From: an uncultured archaeon
GTDB lineage: Archaea; Iainarchaeota; Iainarchaeia; Iainarchaeales; CSSED10-239
Direction of reading: 5' to 3'
Length of the DNA stretch: 32,000 nucleotides
Assembly: GCA_964586355.1 (NCBI GenBank)
Contig: CAZPGO010000043.1
Span: 10,427-42,426 of the forward strand
This document shows, piece after piece, positions 9,079 to 18,472 of the stretch. The stretch's first letter is position 1, and every line of letters starts with the position of its first letter. The notes beneath the pieces were generated by a model. That model made no database searches and was not told the DNA's origin. It saw only the letters and a program-made list of their open reading frames with translations. Both the position numbers and the translations under genes were made by a program.

Positions 9079-9390
9079 TTATTTTTCAATCAGAACTTCT
9101 TCTGTGTTGTTTTCTTTAATTATGATAAAATCTATTTCTGTATTTTTTAATTCTTTAAAATAATATTTTGCAAGTGATTCCATGCCTTTATAATTTTTTA
9201 TTAATGTAAATAGATCTTTATCTCTTATTTTAAAATTAAATTCCTCTAACTTTTTTCTTTCAAGATTAAGATCTATATTTTTTATTCTTCCATTAATTAA
9301 TTTGCCTCTAAAACCTAAACCTATGGTAAATTGTAAAGGGTGGTTTTTATGTGTAAATGTTAGTGTGGAATAACATATCGCTTGATTCAT
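9079..9390 (-). CDS. Hypothetical protein
   Basis: 103-aa ORF with an ATG start and GTGAT about 4 nt upstream. It lies 11 nt downstream of the preceding gene on the same strand. No family recognised. Confidence 0.5.
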   Translation of the reverse strand: MNQAICYSTLTFTHKNHPLQFTIGLGFRGKLINGRIKNIDLNLERKKLEEFNFKIRDKDLFTLIKNYKGMESLAKYYFKELKNTEIDFIIIKENNTEEVLIEK

Positions 9391-9401
9391 AAAATCACTA
9401 T

Positions 9402-9869
9402 CTAAAAGGTTGGTACTTGATGATGTGTTTTACTAAATGCTATAGCAAAACAATTTTTTTCTCTTGGTTTTCTAGACTGCATAGCTAAAATATTTTCAAA
9501 AACTAAGATACCAATTGCAACTTGTGTTGGTGTATATCCTGCAAGTAGTAATTCTTCTGGTCTTGCTCTTGCTTCTGCTCCTCTAACCACAACACTTTTT
9601 ACAACCCCTTCTAGAGTTTTTGTGTTTTTTAGATCTCTAAGTCTTGATGTTTTTAAGTAAGTAACAGTGCTTTTATCTGGTGTAAAACTTTTTGCATTTG
9701 TTTTTAAGTTCTTTATCTCAGAAATTTTGCCTAAAAGTCCAGACACCCCAAAATTTTGTTCTAGTTCTATCACTTTTTTAATATTGGTAATTGCTTTTTG
9801 TGATTTCTTATTTACTGATTTTATATTTTTTTTACTAATTATTCTTTTTGCAATTGGTTTTGGTTTCAT
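9402..9869 (-). CDS. Hypothetical basic protein
   Basis: 155-aa ORF with an ATG start and GAGAGGT 7 nt upstream. The N-terminal half is Lys-rich. No family recognised. Confidence 0.55.
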   Translation of the reverse strand: MKPKPIAKRIISKKNIKSVNKKSQKAITNIKKVIELEQNFGVSGLLGKISEIKNLKTNAKSFTPDKSTVTYLKTSRLRDLKNTKTLEGVVKSVVVRGAEARARPEELLLAGYTPTQVAIGILVFENILAMQSRKPREKNCFAIAFSKTHHQVPTF

Positions 9870-9972
9870 AAAAAAACCTCTCTTATTTTTAATATATTAA
9901 ATATAATAAAAACAATCATATTTAAAAAGAAATTGTTAATACTCTTTTTTTAAGAAAAAAAAAGAAAAAAAA

Positions 9973-11274
9973 TTATGGCTTATATCTTACCATTGTTCTT
10001 GGAAAAGGGATAGCATCTTTTATACTATTTAATCCAGTAATATAAGAAATCAATCTCTCAACACCCATTCCAAAACCTGAATGCGGAACTGATCCATATC
10101 TTCTAGTGTCTAAATAAAATTCATAGTTTTTTGGATCTTCGCCTTGTTCTTTCAATCTTTGTATGATCTTATCTATGTCTGCTTCTCTCTCACTTGCTCC
10201 AATTATTTCTCCATAACCTTCTGGGCCTATACAATCAAAACCTAAAACTACTTTTTCATCTTTTGGGTCTTCTTTCATATAAAAGGCTTTTACTTGTTTT
10301 GGATATCTAGTAACTATTGTAAAAGTATCTACCATTTTACTTAACTTGTCTTCTTCAGTTGTTCTAAGATCTTTTCCCCATTCAATATCCATATCTTCTT
10401 TTTCTTTTAGAATCTTTAGTGCCTCAGTATAGGTCATTCTTACAAATGGTTTTGAGATTGCTGTTTCTAATACTCTATAATCTCTTTTTAAAATTTCTAG
10501 ATCTTCTTTATGTTTTTCAAGAACAGATCTAATTACGTGCTTTATAAGCCCTTCTCCATGATATTGCAATTCTTCAAAATCAACCCACGCACCTTCCATC
10601 TCAGCATGCCAATATTCTGTTAAATGTCTAGAGGTTTTTGATTTTTCTGCTCTAAATGATGGTGCTATGGTGTAGATCTTACCTAAAGAAAAGATTGCTG
10701 GTTCTGCATATAGTTGCCAAGTCTGGGCTAAGAATACTCCTTCTTGTTCAAAGTAATCTACCTTAAATAATGTTGATCCTCCTTCACATTGTACTGATTG
10801 TAGAATTGGAGATTGATATTCAAAGAATCCTTCTTTACGGAAATATTCGTGTATTGCTCCAATAACTGTTGATCTAATTTTTAATATTGATGTCATTTTT
10901 CTGCTTCTAAGCCAAAGATGTCTAACATCTAAAAGAAATTCTTCTGAGAAGTCTTTTGAGATTGGATAGTTTTCTGATTTTCCAATAAGTTCTATTGATT
11001 GAAGATCTAGTTCATAACCTTGGGGAGATCTTTCTTCTTTTCTAAGTTTTCCAAAAACTTTTATTGAACTTTCTATACCTAAGGATTTTGCTAAAGTAAA
11101 GGTATCTTCTTTTAGTTTTTCTTTTGTTGCTACTAATTGTATTATTCCTGAATGATCTCTTATGGTAATAAACACATTATCTTTTTGTGCTCTTATTCTA
11201 TACACCCACCCTCTTAAAAAAACCTCTTCTTCTTTTTTTTCTAAGATTTCTTTTATTGTTAAATATTTACTCAT
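9973..11274 (-). CDS. asnS: Asparaginyl-tRNA synthetase (class IIb)
   Basis: Motif 2 is FRAEKSKTSRHLTEYWHAEME. Motif 3 and the C-terminus read HSGFGMGVERLISYITGLNSIKDAIPFPRT. The E(F/Y)W-x-x-E-x-E and HSGFG forms resemble AsnRS more than archaeal AspRS. There is an N-terminal OB fold (LRGWVYRIR). The track ORF starts at a GTG at 11283, but the ATG at 11272-11274 follows GGAAGTGA by 5 nt and is the more likely start. Confidence 0.72.
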   Translation of the reverse strand: MSKYLTIKEILEKKEEEVFLRGWVYRIRAQKDNVFITIRDHSGIIQLVATKEKLKEDTFTLAKSLGIESSIKVFGKLRKEERSPQGYELDLQSIELIGKSENYPISKDFSEEFLLDVRHLWLRSRKMTSILKIRSTVIGAIHEYFRKEGFFEYQSPILQSVQCEGGSTLFKVDYFEQEGVFLAQTWQLYAEPAIFSLGKIYTIAPSFRAEKSKTSRHLTEYWHAEMEGAWVDFEELQYHGEGLIKHVIRSVLEKHKEDLEILKRDYRVLETAISKPFVRMTYTEALKILKEKEDMDIEWGKDLRTTEEDKLSKMVDTFTIVTRYPKQVKAFYMKEDPKDEKVVLGFDCIGPEGYGEIIGASEREADIDKIIQRLKEQGEDPKNYEFYLDTRRYGSVPHSGFGMGVERLISYITGLNSIKDAIPFPRTMVRYKP

Positions 11275-11610
11275 TATTTTCACTTCCTTTTTTTAAGTAT
11301 TAAATATTAGTTAACAAATATATTAAAAACAATTCATTTCTCTAATAGATCTAATAATTTTAAGATCTAGAGAAAATATCTGCTAATAAAAAAAGATTTA
11401 TTTGGCCTTACTGGCCATTAAAGTTAGTGATAATTATACAAAATTTTGATTTATAATAAATAGCTTCTAAAAGTGTTTTGTACATCATAAATAATTTAAT
11501 AAAAGAAAAAGTATTTAAAAGCTTGTTAATTTTAGGGGTTACAAATATATTATAGAAAAAAATATTTTTTTAAAAAAGATTATGAAATAAACTTGATCAA
11601 ATAAAATATA

Positions 11611-14460
11611 TTAAAAAGAAAAAAATATTTCTCTTTCAATAAGTTTTTGCTTATCTTTAGAACTCTCATCAAAATCTTTAATTTCTAAGATTGTTGATGT
11701 TGCTTGCTCTATTGCTTCTTTATTTTTTTCTAAAAAAGATTTATCAGAACAAGAGATCTTAAGGCTTACAACTTGACTAGGGGTTAGATTATTTTTCTTT
11801 CTTTGTGCTTGTATTGCTCTAGTTAATTCACTTAGCTCCCATTCCTCTTCTAAACCTTCTGGAAGATTTAGATCTAAATATATAAAACATTCTTCAGATA
11901 TTTGACTTTCTTCAAAGTTACCAGAAGGTTTTTCTTTTTCTAAAATTACTTCTTTAATATTTGCTAAGTTTGAAATTATGTCTGTAATATTTTTATTTTG
12001 TAAATCTTCTTTTAGAACAACAACTAATTTAGGCATAATCCATCTTAGTCTTTTCTTTATTTTTTCTCTTACTGCCAAAGTTTCTTGAACAACATCTAAG
12101 GCTAACAAAAATTCTTTTTCTAAGGTTAAATTTATTAGATCTTTATTAGCTAAAGGGATATTTTCAAAATTAATACTCTCTTTTCTTTCTTTAAATTTTA
12201 AATAAAGATATTCTGTTAAATGTGGTACTGATGGAGCTAACATTAACAAAATTCCTGAAAAAATATGTGATAACACTAATGTTTTATTTTCTTTTTTTTT
12301 TATTAGTTTTATATAAGTTCTACTATAATCTTCTAAAATAAACTTTTCTAAATCCATAGTTGCTTTAGAGAAGTTACATTCTGTATAGTTTTTGTGATAA
12401 TTTTCTAGTAAAACGTTATATTTAGACAAGATCCATTTATCTTCTATATCTAAGTTATCAACATTAATTTCTGCATTGAATTTTTGATCTTGATTGCAAA
12501 GGGAAATATATGAAAAGCTGTTTTCTAAAAGGTTAAACATTCTTTTAATCTCTAAAAATTTCTTTTCATCTATTACTACATCCATGCCATTATATTCTCT
12601 GGTTAAATAATATCTATAATAATCAATAGACAACTCACTAAATCTTTGTTCAAGTGGTCTATCATTACCTAAAGATTTTGATAACTTTCTTTTATCAACA
12701 GATAAGACCATTCCATGAAGTGCTACTAGTTTATAAGGGGCTTTATCAAAGCTTATCGTTGAACAAATTAACTGTGAATTCCACCAGCCTCTTATTTGAT
12801 CTGACCCTTCTAGATTAATATCTGGTGGCCAATATTGATTAAATAATTCTTTGTTTTTAGGATAACCAATACTTGCAAAAGAAGCAACACCAGAATCAAA
12901 CCAAACATCAAAGATTTCTGGTATTCTTTTTTTTGTGCCTCCACATTCACATTTAAAAACACATTTGTCAATTTCTGGTTTATGAATATTCATATTTAGA
13001 TCTAAATTCGGTATTTTTTCTCTAAGTTCTTCTAAAGATCCAAACACATCTATTTTTTTACATTTATCACATTGCCAAATAGGAATTGGAGCACCCCAAT
13101 ATCTGGATCTAGAGATTGGCCAATCAGAAATACATTCTAACCAATTTGCAAATCTTTCTTTTGCCCATTCTGGATACCAGTTTACTTCTTTTTCATTTAT
13201 TTCTTTTAATCTTTCTTTTAAGGATTCTGTTTTTAAAAACCATTGTGGAAGTGCAACCTGAAGTAATGGACTAAAACATCTCCAACACACAGGGTATGCA
13301 TGAGTTATTGATCTTTTTGCTAAGATTTTTCCTTTTTCTTCTAAGTATTTTATAATTTCAGGATCTAGGGCTTTTACTTTTTTTCCGGTATTCCAGTTTA
13401 TGGTTTTATCATACACACCTTCAATAGTTACTGGGCAATAGGCAGTAAAACCATTTTCTTTTCCTACCTGATAATCTTCCTTACCATGCCCAGGAGCACA
13501 ATGAACTAGTCCTGTTCCTTCTTCTAAATGCACATATCTTTGTGAGCCTATTACTTTATAGTGATCTTTTTTTAGCTCTTCTATGTTTTCTAACCATTCT
13601 CCTAAAACTGGTTCATACTTTTTTCCAATTAGATCTGTTCCTAAGTATTTTTCTCCTAAGGTATATTGGTCTTCCCAATTTAGTTCTTTTACTAGTTTTG
13701 AGAGTAGTTCTTCTGCTACTATATATTTGTGATTTTCATGAACTAGTTCAATATAAGTATAACTTGGATTAACCATAATTCCTAGATTTGCAGGAAGTGT
13801 CCAAGGAGTTGTTGTCCAGATTACAAAAAAAGTATTTTCTTTGTCTAAACATTTTATTTTTACATAAATTGATGTGTCTGTTAGATTGTCATGCTCAATC
13901 TCATTAAACGAAACTGCAGTTTCACAGGTTGGGCACACATGTACTGGATATTTGTCATGGTATAATAAACCTTTTTCTACTGCTTTTTTAAACACCCACC
14001 ACTCTGTTTCTATATATTTATTGTCTAGTGTTCTATATGGGTTTTTAAAATCCATCCATTGTCCAAGATTATATATTTCTTTGGACATGTCTTCTATATG
14101 CTCTGTTGCAAATTTCTCGCATTCTTTAGTAAATCTATCAATTCCAAATTTTTCAATATCTTCTTTGGATTTTAGATCATATGCTTTTTGTACTTTTGCT
14201 TCTATTGGCACACCATGTGTATCAAATCCAGGAATATCTAAAACAGTGTACCCAGTCATTCTTTTATATCTTATAATTAAATCCTTTAAAATCCTGTTCA
14301 TAGCAGTACCCAAATGAAGACTGCCTGAAGCATATGGTGGACCATCTATAAAATAATAAGGTTTATCTGTTTTTTTTGATCTTACACTTTCTGGGATGTT
14401 TTTTTCTTCCCAATATTTTTTTATTTCTTTTTCTGTGTTGTAGTTAAATTGTTCTGACAT
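11611..14460 (-). CDS. ileS: Isoleucyl-tRNA synthetase
   Basis: 949-aa ORF. It has the class Ia HxGx motif (PPYASGSLHLGTA) and the KMSKS variant KLSKS. The CP1 editing block is WTTTPWTLPAN, the IleRS-typical block DWPISRSRYWGAPIP is present, and there are Cys clusters (CPTC, CWRC, CDKC). Confidence 0.9.
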   Translation of the reverse strand: MSEQFNYNTEKEIKKYWEEKNIPESVRSKKTDKPYYFIDGPPYASGSLHLGTAMNRILKDLIIRYKRMTGYTVLDIPGFDTHGVPIEAKVQKAYDLKSKEDIEKFGIDRFTKECEKFATEHIEDMSKEIYNLGQWMDFKNPYRTLDNKYIETEWWVFKKAVEKGLLYHDKYPVHVCPTCETAVSFNEIEHDNLTDTSIYVKIKCLDKENTFFVIWTTTPWTLPANLGIMVNPSYTYIELVHENHKYIVAEELLSKLVKELNWEDQYTLGEKYLGTDLIGKKYEPVLGEWLENIEELKKDHYKVIGSQRYVHLEEGTGLVHCAPGHGKEDYQVGKENGFTAYCPVTIEGVYDKTINWNTGKKVKALDPEIIKYLEEKGKILAKRSITHAYPVCWRCFSPLLQVALPQWFLKTESLKERLKEINEKEVNWYPEWAKERFANWLECISDWPISRSRYWGAPIPIWQCDKCKKIDVFGSLEELREKIPNLDLNMNIHKPEIDKCVFKCECGGTKKRIPEIFDVWFDSGVASFASIGYPKNKELFNQYWPPDINLEGSDQIRGWWNSQLICSTISFDKAPYKLVALHGMVLSVDKRKLSKSLGNDRPLEQRFSELSIDYYRYYLTREYNGMDVVIDEKKFLEIKRMFNLLENSFSYISLCNQDQKFNAEINVDNLDIEDKWILSKYNVLLENYHKNYTECNFSKATMDLEKFILEDYSRTYIKLIKKKENKTLVLSHIFSGILLMLAPSVPHLTEYLYLKFKERKESINFENIPLANKDLINLTLEKEFLLALDVVQETLAVREKIKKRLRWIMPKLVVVLKEDLQNKNITDIISNLANIKEVILEKEKPSGNFEESQISEECFIYLDLNLPEGLEEEWELSELTRAIQAQRKKNNLTPSQVVSLKISCSDKSFLEKNKEAIEQATSTILEIKDFDESSKDKQKLIEREIFFSF

Positions 14461-14528
14461 ATATAACCATATTTTCTTTATATTATATATTATATAAATA
14501 GAAAAAGAATAAAAATAAGTTTGTTTTA

Positions 14529-15899
14529 TTACTTATTTTTAGAAAATACAGAATAAATATCATTAATAAAATTAACAACTTTTGTTTGAAGGTTTTCAGT
14601 ACTTACAAAATCAACACCTTCCTTTTTAAATTCATTCATAACATCTGTAATTATTTCAGGATTATATTCTTGAGACACTAAAAAGGATTCTAGTTGAGAT
14701 TTTGTGTATTTTTTTGCATATGGTTTTAAAAATTCAAATAAGAATCTAATTTGTTTCATATATTTTTCATACTTCTCTTTCTCTTTTTTTGATTCTATTT
14801 TTAAATTAAAATTTTTTGGCAAAGTTAGATTTTCTGAAGAGATTATGTTATTTCCTTTATTTGAATTATCATCATTTAAACGATTAATATTTAATTTTTT
14901 TTGCCTTTTTTCTAAAACATCTATTTTTTTATAGATCTCATTTATTTGACCATAAACTTCTTTTAAGGACAAAAATTCGTCATGAATTTTTGATAAGAAA
15001 AGCTTAGTCATTTTTTCATTTGCTGTGCTTGGTAAATTTGATTTTTTATTAAAATCAACATTATCTTCTTTAATTAGGTTAGTTAATATGCTTTCAGCAA
15101 CTTGTTTACTAAAACCATTTTCTACTAATAGTTTTTTTATAAATTCTGAGTCTGTTTTTATTTTTAATAAATATCTAATAGTGTTTTTTATGTTGGTTAT
15201 ATGTTCTTGTTGTTTTTTTGCTTTTTTTAATACTGCCATTCTTTCTTGATTAAGTAGTTTTATATCTTTTATACCAAGCAAATTTAAATAAAAAGACTGA
15301 GGTAGTCTAATAATCAAAAAACCTTCAATAAAGAACAAACAAAAAATAACAAAAGCTATTGCAAAAGGTATAAGTGTTTCTTTTAAAAATAAAAAATTAG
15401 GTAAAAGTATTATTAAAAAATAAACACCAATAGATAATATAAAACCAAATATCCAATAGATATAACGAACAGTTCTTATTTTTTTTATATGTTTAATAAT
15501 ATTTTCAGCAGTCTCAAAATCCATCCCAATATATTCTACAAAATGTTTTATTGATTCTTTTGAGTATTTTTCTTTTATTATAAAAAAAATTAATTTTTTA
15601 ATAGTTACAACTAATTTATTTATTTGTGCCTCATTATTTTCTGAGTCTACAAGGTCTTCTAAAGCATTTAATTTAACTTTATTTTTTTTTGCTAATAACA
15701 AAAGACCTATTTTTGGAATTTTGGAAATCAGACAACCTACAAAAAAAAAGAGAAAAATAATTATTAATGGCAAAACTAATTCTAGATACCAAATCTCTTT
15801 AATATTTGAAAAAAAGGACACATAATGTACTAACAAATAAATAATTATGGAAAATATAAGACCAAATATCCAATAAAATAGTTTTTTATTTATAGCCAT
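14529..15899 (-). CDS. Polytopic membrane protein with internal duplication, unknown function
   Basis: 456-aa ORF with two copies of a two-TM module (YWIFGLIFSIIIYLL... / YWIFGFILSIGVYFL...). Each module is followed by a short helical motif (HFVEYIGMDFETAENIIKHIKK / KLLVENGFSKQVAESILTNLIKE), and a third motif copy lies near the C-terminus. Confidence 0.65.
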   Translation of the reverse strand: MAINKKLFYWIFGLIFSIIIYLLVHYVSFFSNIKEIWYLELVLPLIIIFLFFFVGCLISKIPKIGLLLLAKKNKVKLNALEDLVDSENNEAQINKLVVTIKKLIFFIIKEKYSKESIKHFVEYIGMDFETAENIIKHIKKIRTVRYIYWIFGFILSIGVYFLIILLPNFLFLKETLIPFAIAFVIFCLFFIEGFLIIRLPQSFYLNLLGIKDIKLLNQERMAVLKKAKKQQEHITNIKNTIRYLLKIKTDSEFIKKLLVENGFSKQVAESILTNLIKEDNVDFNKKSNLPSTANEKMTKLFLSKIHDEFLSLKEVYGQINEIYKKIDVLEKRQKKLNINRLNDDNSNKGNNIISSENLTLPKNFNLKIESKKEKEKYEKYMKQIRFLFEFLKPYAKKYTKSQLESFLVSQEYNPEIITDVMNEFKKEGVDFVSTENLQTKVVNFINDIYSVFSKNK

Positions 15900-15979
15900 T
15901 AATACACCTGTGCTTTATTATTTAAGATTAATTAAATAGATAAACAAAACATATAAAAAACAATTTGTAACAAAAAAAA

Positions 15980-16054
15980 TGGAAGATGCAGGATTCGAAC
16001 CTGCGACCCTTGGTGTATAAGACCAATGCTCTGACCAGACTGAGCTAAACTTCC
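15980..16054 (-). tRNA. tRNA-Ile, anticodon UAU (decodes AUA)
   Basis: The reverse complement folds as a 75-nt cloverleaf: GGAAGTT-TA-GCTC-AGTCTGGTCA-GAGC-A-TTGGT-CTTATAC-ACCAA-GGGTC-GCAGG-TTCGAAT-CCTGC-ATCTTCC-A. The anticodon loop is C-U-UAU-A-C. No CCA is encoded and a T-run follows the gene. There is one U6-U67 mismatch in the acceptor stem. Confidence 0.85.
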
Positions 16055-16121
16055 AATATTTAAAATTGTCTCCTATAAATAATATAAGAATAAGAAATAT
16101 ATTTAAACCTTTAAGATTTTA

Positions 16122-16460
16122 CTATTCTTCAGAAACAAAATTATTTAAATTTACTGATAAATCAGCATCTGTTTCCTTAAAATCACCAAATCTGCCAATA
16201 TTAAGTCTTACTGATTTTTTAAATTCTGAAGAAAATAGATTTTTGAAACTATATGTCTTATTTGTTTCTATTTTATCTATGGTCTCATCCCAAAGAGTCA
16301 AATAAATTGTGCCAGTCTCATCACCTAATATAGCTTCACAAACATTGTGTTTTGTTTCATCTAGTTTTGAGATCACTTCTCTTATAGCTGTTTTGTCTAT
16401 AACTTTTGCTATTATGTCTATCTTCTTTTGGAATGGTTTTATTTTATCTATTTTTTCCAT
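16122..16460 (-). CDS. Single OB-fold ssDNA-binding protein (RPA/SSB-like)
   Basis: 112-aa ORF. The segment VCEAILGDETGTIYLTLWDE is the typical RPA-type OB-fold signature (D-x-T-G-x-I-x-x-T-x-W). Confidence 0.6.
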   Translation of the reverse strand: MEKIDKIKPFQKKIDIIAKVIDKTAIREVISKLDETKHNVCEAILGDETGTIYLTLWDETIDKIETNKTYSFKNLFSSEFKKSVRLNIGRFGDFKETDADLSVNLNNFVSEE

Positions 16461-16544
16461 TTTTGATTAATTTCTCATATATTTTATATATCCTGAGTAC
16501 AATAAATATATAAAATTAACTATTTTTAAAAAAAAAGAAAAAAA

Positions 16545-18161
16545 TCACATATCAGCCATATCTTGAGGACCCATTCTTGGAGCTCCTCTTCCTGACTGAC
16601 CTGCGATTATATCGTCTATTCTTAAAATCAATTCTGCTACTTCTGTTGCTGAAACAATTGCTTGTGTTTTAACATTTAATGGTTCTATAATGTTTTTGCT
16701 TTTCATATCTGCAATTGTACCATTAATAACATCTACACCAAATCCTCTGTTTTTAGGATCTTGATGTTTACTTCTTAAAGAAACAATAGTATCAATAGCA
16801 TCTAAACCAGCACTTTCAGCTAATGTTTTTGGAATTATCTCTAAAACATCTGCAAAAGCCTCAATAGCTAATTGCTCTCTTCCACCAATAGTTTTTGCAA
16901 AGTTTTTTAATTTCAAAGCAACATCTATCTCTGAAGATCCACCAGCAGCTAAAAATTTACCTGATTTTAAAGAAGATATAACTGCACCAACAGCATCTGT
17001 TAATGTTCTATCTGCTTCAGAAAGTGTTTGTTCACTAGCTCCTCTTAATAGTATAGTTACATAATTTGGATTTGGACAACTTTCAACAAATAACATATCA
17101 TCTCCAGATATTTTCTTTGAATAGACACGTTTTGCTGTGCCTAGATCTTTATCAGTAGCATCTTTTAATCTGTTTATAATTTTTGCTCCTGTTGCTTTTG
17201 CTAATCTTTCTATATCTGTTAATCTTACTCTTCTAACAGCAGTAACTCCTGCTTTTGCTAGGTAATGTTGTGCAAGATCATCTATTCCTTTTTGACAGAT
17301 TAAAATATTGGCTCCTGTAGCAACTATCAAATCAACCATTTCTTTTAATTGTTCTTCTTCTTGATCAATAAATGCTTGTAATTGCTCTGGAGAAGTTATT
17401 TGTATTTTTGCTTCTGTTTCTGTTTCTTTTATCTCTAACGCAGTTCCTAACAATAATATTTTTGCGGAATCAATATCTCTTGGCATCTCTGAGTGAACAA
17501 CTTCTTTATCAAGAACAATTCCATCTATTAATTTAGTGTCAGATAAATTCCCACCAATCTTTTGCTCTATTTTTATTTGTTCTTTATCTAGCTCTTTGGA
17601 GTTTGATATTTTTAAGATAGCATCAACAACAATATTTGCTAAACTAGAACTATATTCTGCAGCTTTTCCTGTCATTGATGTTGTTGCTATATCCAAAAGT
17701 GCTTTCTTATCACTAATGGATATGTTTTCTGAAATTTCTGTAAAGTAACCGCTTGCTTTTTCTGCAGCCATTTTATATCCTTTTATTATAATTGATGGAT
17801 GAATATTTTCATCTAAAAGATTTTCTGCTTTAGAAACTAGACCACCAGCAATTATTACTGCACTTGTTGTTCCATCCCCTACCTCATCATCTTGATTTTT
17901 AGCAAGTTCTACAAGCATCTTTCCAATTGGGTGCTCTATAGCCATTTCTTTTAAGATTGTTGCCCCGTCATTACTAATTGTAACATCTCCCATCTCGTTT
18001 ACTAACATCTTATCCATGCCTCTAGGACCTAATGTTGATTTTACTGAATTACTTACTGCTTTTGCAACAAGTATATTTAATCTTTGTGCATCCTTGCCTT
18101 TATCTCTTCTGGTTCCTTCTGGTAAAAAGGCATTTGAATTTTGATTGTTTGAATTATTCAT
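16545..18161 (-). CDS. ths: Thermosome subunit (group II chaperonin)
   Basis: 538-aa ORF with the hallmark blocks LGPRGMDKML, VGDGTTSAVI and GGSSEID. GGAGTGAT lies upstream of the ATG. Confidence 0.95.
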   Translation of the reverse strand: MNNSNNQNSNAFLPEGTRRDKGKDAQRLNILVAKAVSNSVKSTLGPRGMDKMLVNEMGDVTISNDGATILKEMAIEHPIGKMLVELAKNQDDEVGDGTTSAVIIAGGLVSKAENLLDENIHPSIIIKGYKMAAEKASGYFTEISENISISDKKALLDIATTSMTGKAAEYSSSLANIVVDAILKISNSKELDKEQIKIEQKIGGNLSDTKLIDGIVLDKEVVHSEMPRDIDSAKILLLGTALEIKETETEAKIQITSPEQLQAFIDQEEEQLKEMVDLIVATGANILICQKGIDDLAQHYLAKAGVTAVRRVRLTDIERLAKATGAKIINRLKDATDKDLGTAKRVYSKKISGDDMLFVESCPNPNYVTILLRGASEQTLSEADRTLTDAVGAVISSLKSGKFLAAGGSSEIDVALKLKNFAKTIGGREQLAIEAFADVLEIIPKTLAESAGLDAIDTIVSLRSKHQDPKNRGFGVDVINGTIADMKSKNIIEPLNVKTQAIVSATEVAELILRIDDIIAGQSGRGAPRMGPQDMADM

Positions 18162-18197
18162 TTAAATCACTCCTTTTATATACAATAATAGAAATTT

Positions 18198-18458
18198 TTA
18201 AAGCTGACCTTGTTTTTTTTTAAGTTTTAAAAATTTACTCTCAAATATTTCTTTGTTATCATAATCTAAAAAAAATCTATTATTTACTAGTTCTAGATCA
18301 AAAAACCCTGTTTTGTATTTATTTTCTAGACCTTTTTTAAATTCATTAAATTCCTTGTTTTTATTTAATAATATTTTTTCATCTAGATCTAAAAAAGGTT
18401 TCATTTCTTGTTTTAATTTTAAAAGATATTTTTCTGGGTAAAATAAATCATTTGACAT
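18198..18458 (-). CDS. Hypothetical protein
   Basis: 86-aa ORF with an ATG start, lying 14 nt downstream of the histone-fold gene on the same strand. No family recognised. Confidence 0.45.
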   Translation of the reverse strand: MSNDLFYPEKYLLKLKQEMKPFLDLDEKILLNKNKEFNEFKKGLENKYKTGFFDLELVNNRFFLDYDNKEIFESKFLKLKKKQGQL

Positions 18459-18472
18459 AATAATAACCTTTT

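Noticed and set aside
11404-11416. The GGCC-ttact-GGCC hairpin and the nearby TAGATCT/AGATCTA palindrome in the asnS-ileS spacer
   Set aside because: The stems are only 4-7 bp, the elements are isolated, and they lie ~200 nt from the ileS stop. This is insufficient to call a terminator or regulatory site.
14305-14316. The IleRS class I signature reads HLGT instead of HIGH
   Set aside because: At first sight this looked like a degenerate catalytic motif. My recollection is that archaeal IleRS sequences commonly carry H-x-G-T at this position, and the rest of the enzyme (KLSKS, the CP1 editing block, the Zn clusters) looks intact. This needs an alignment to confirm and is not reported as unusual.
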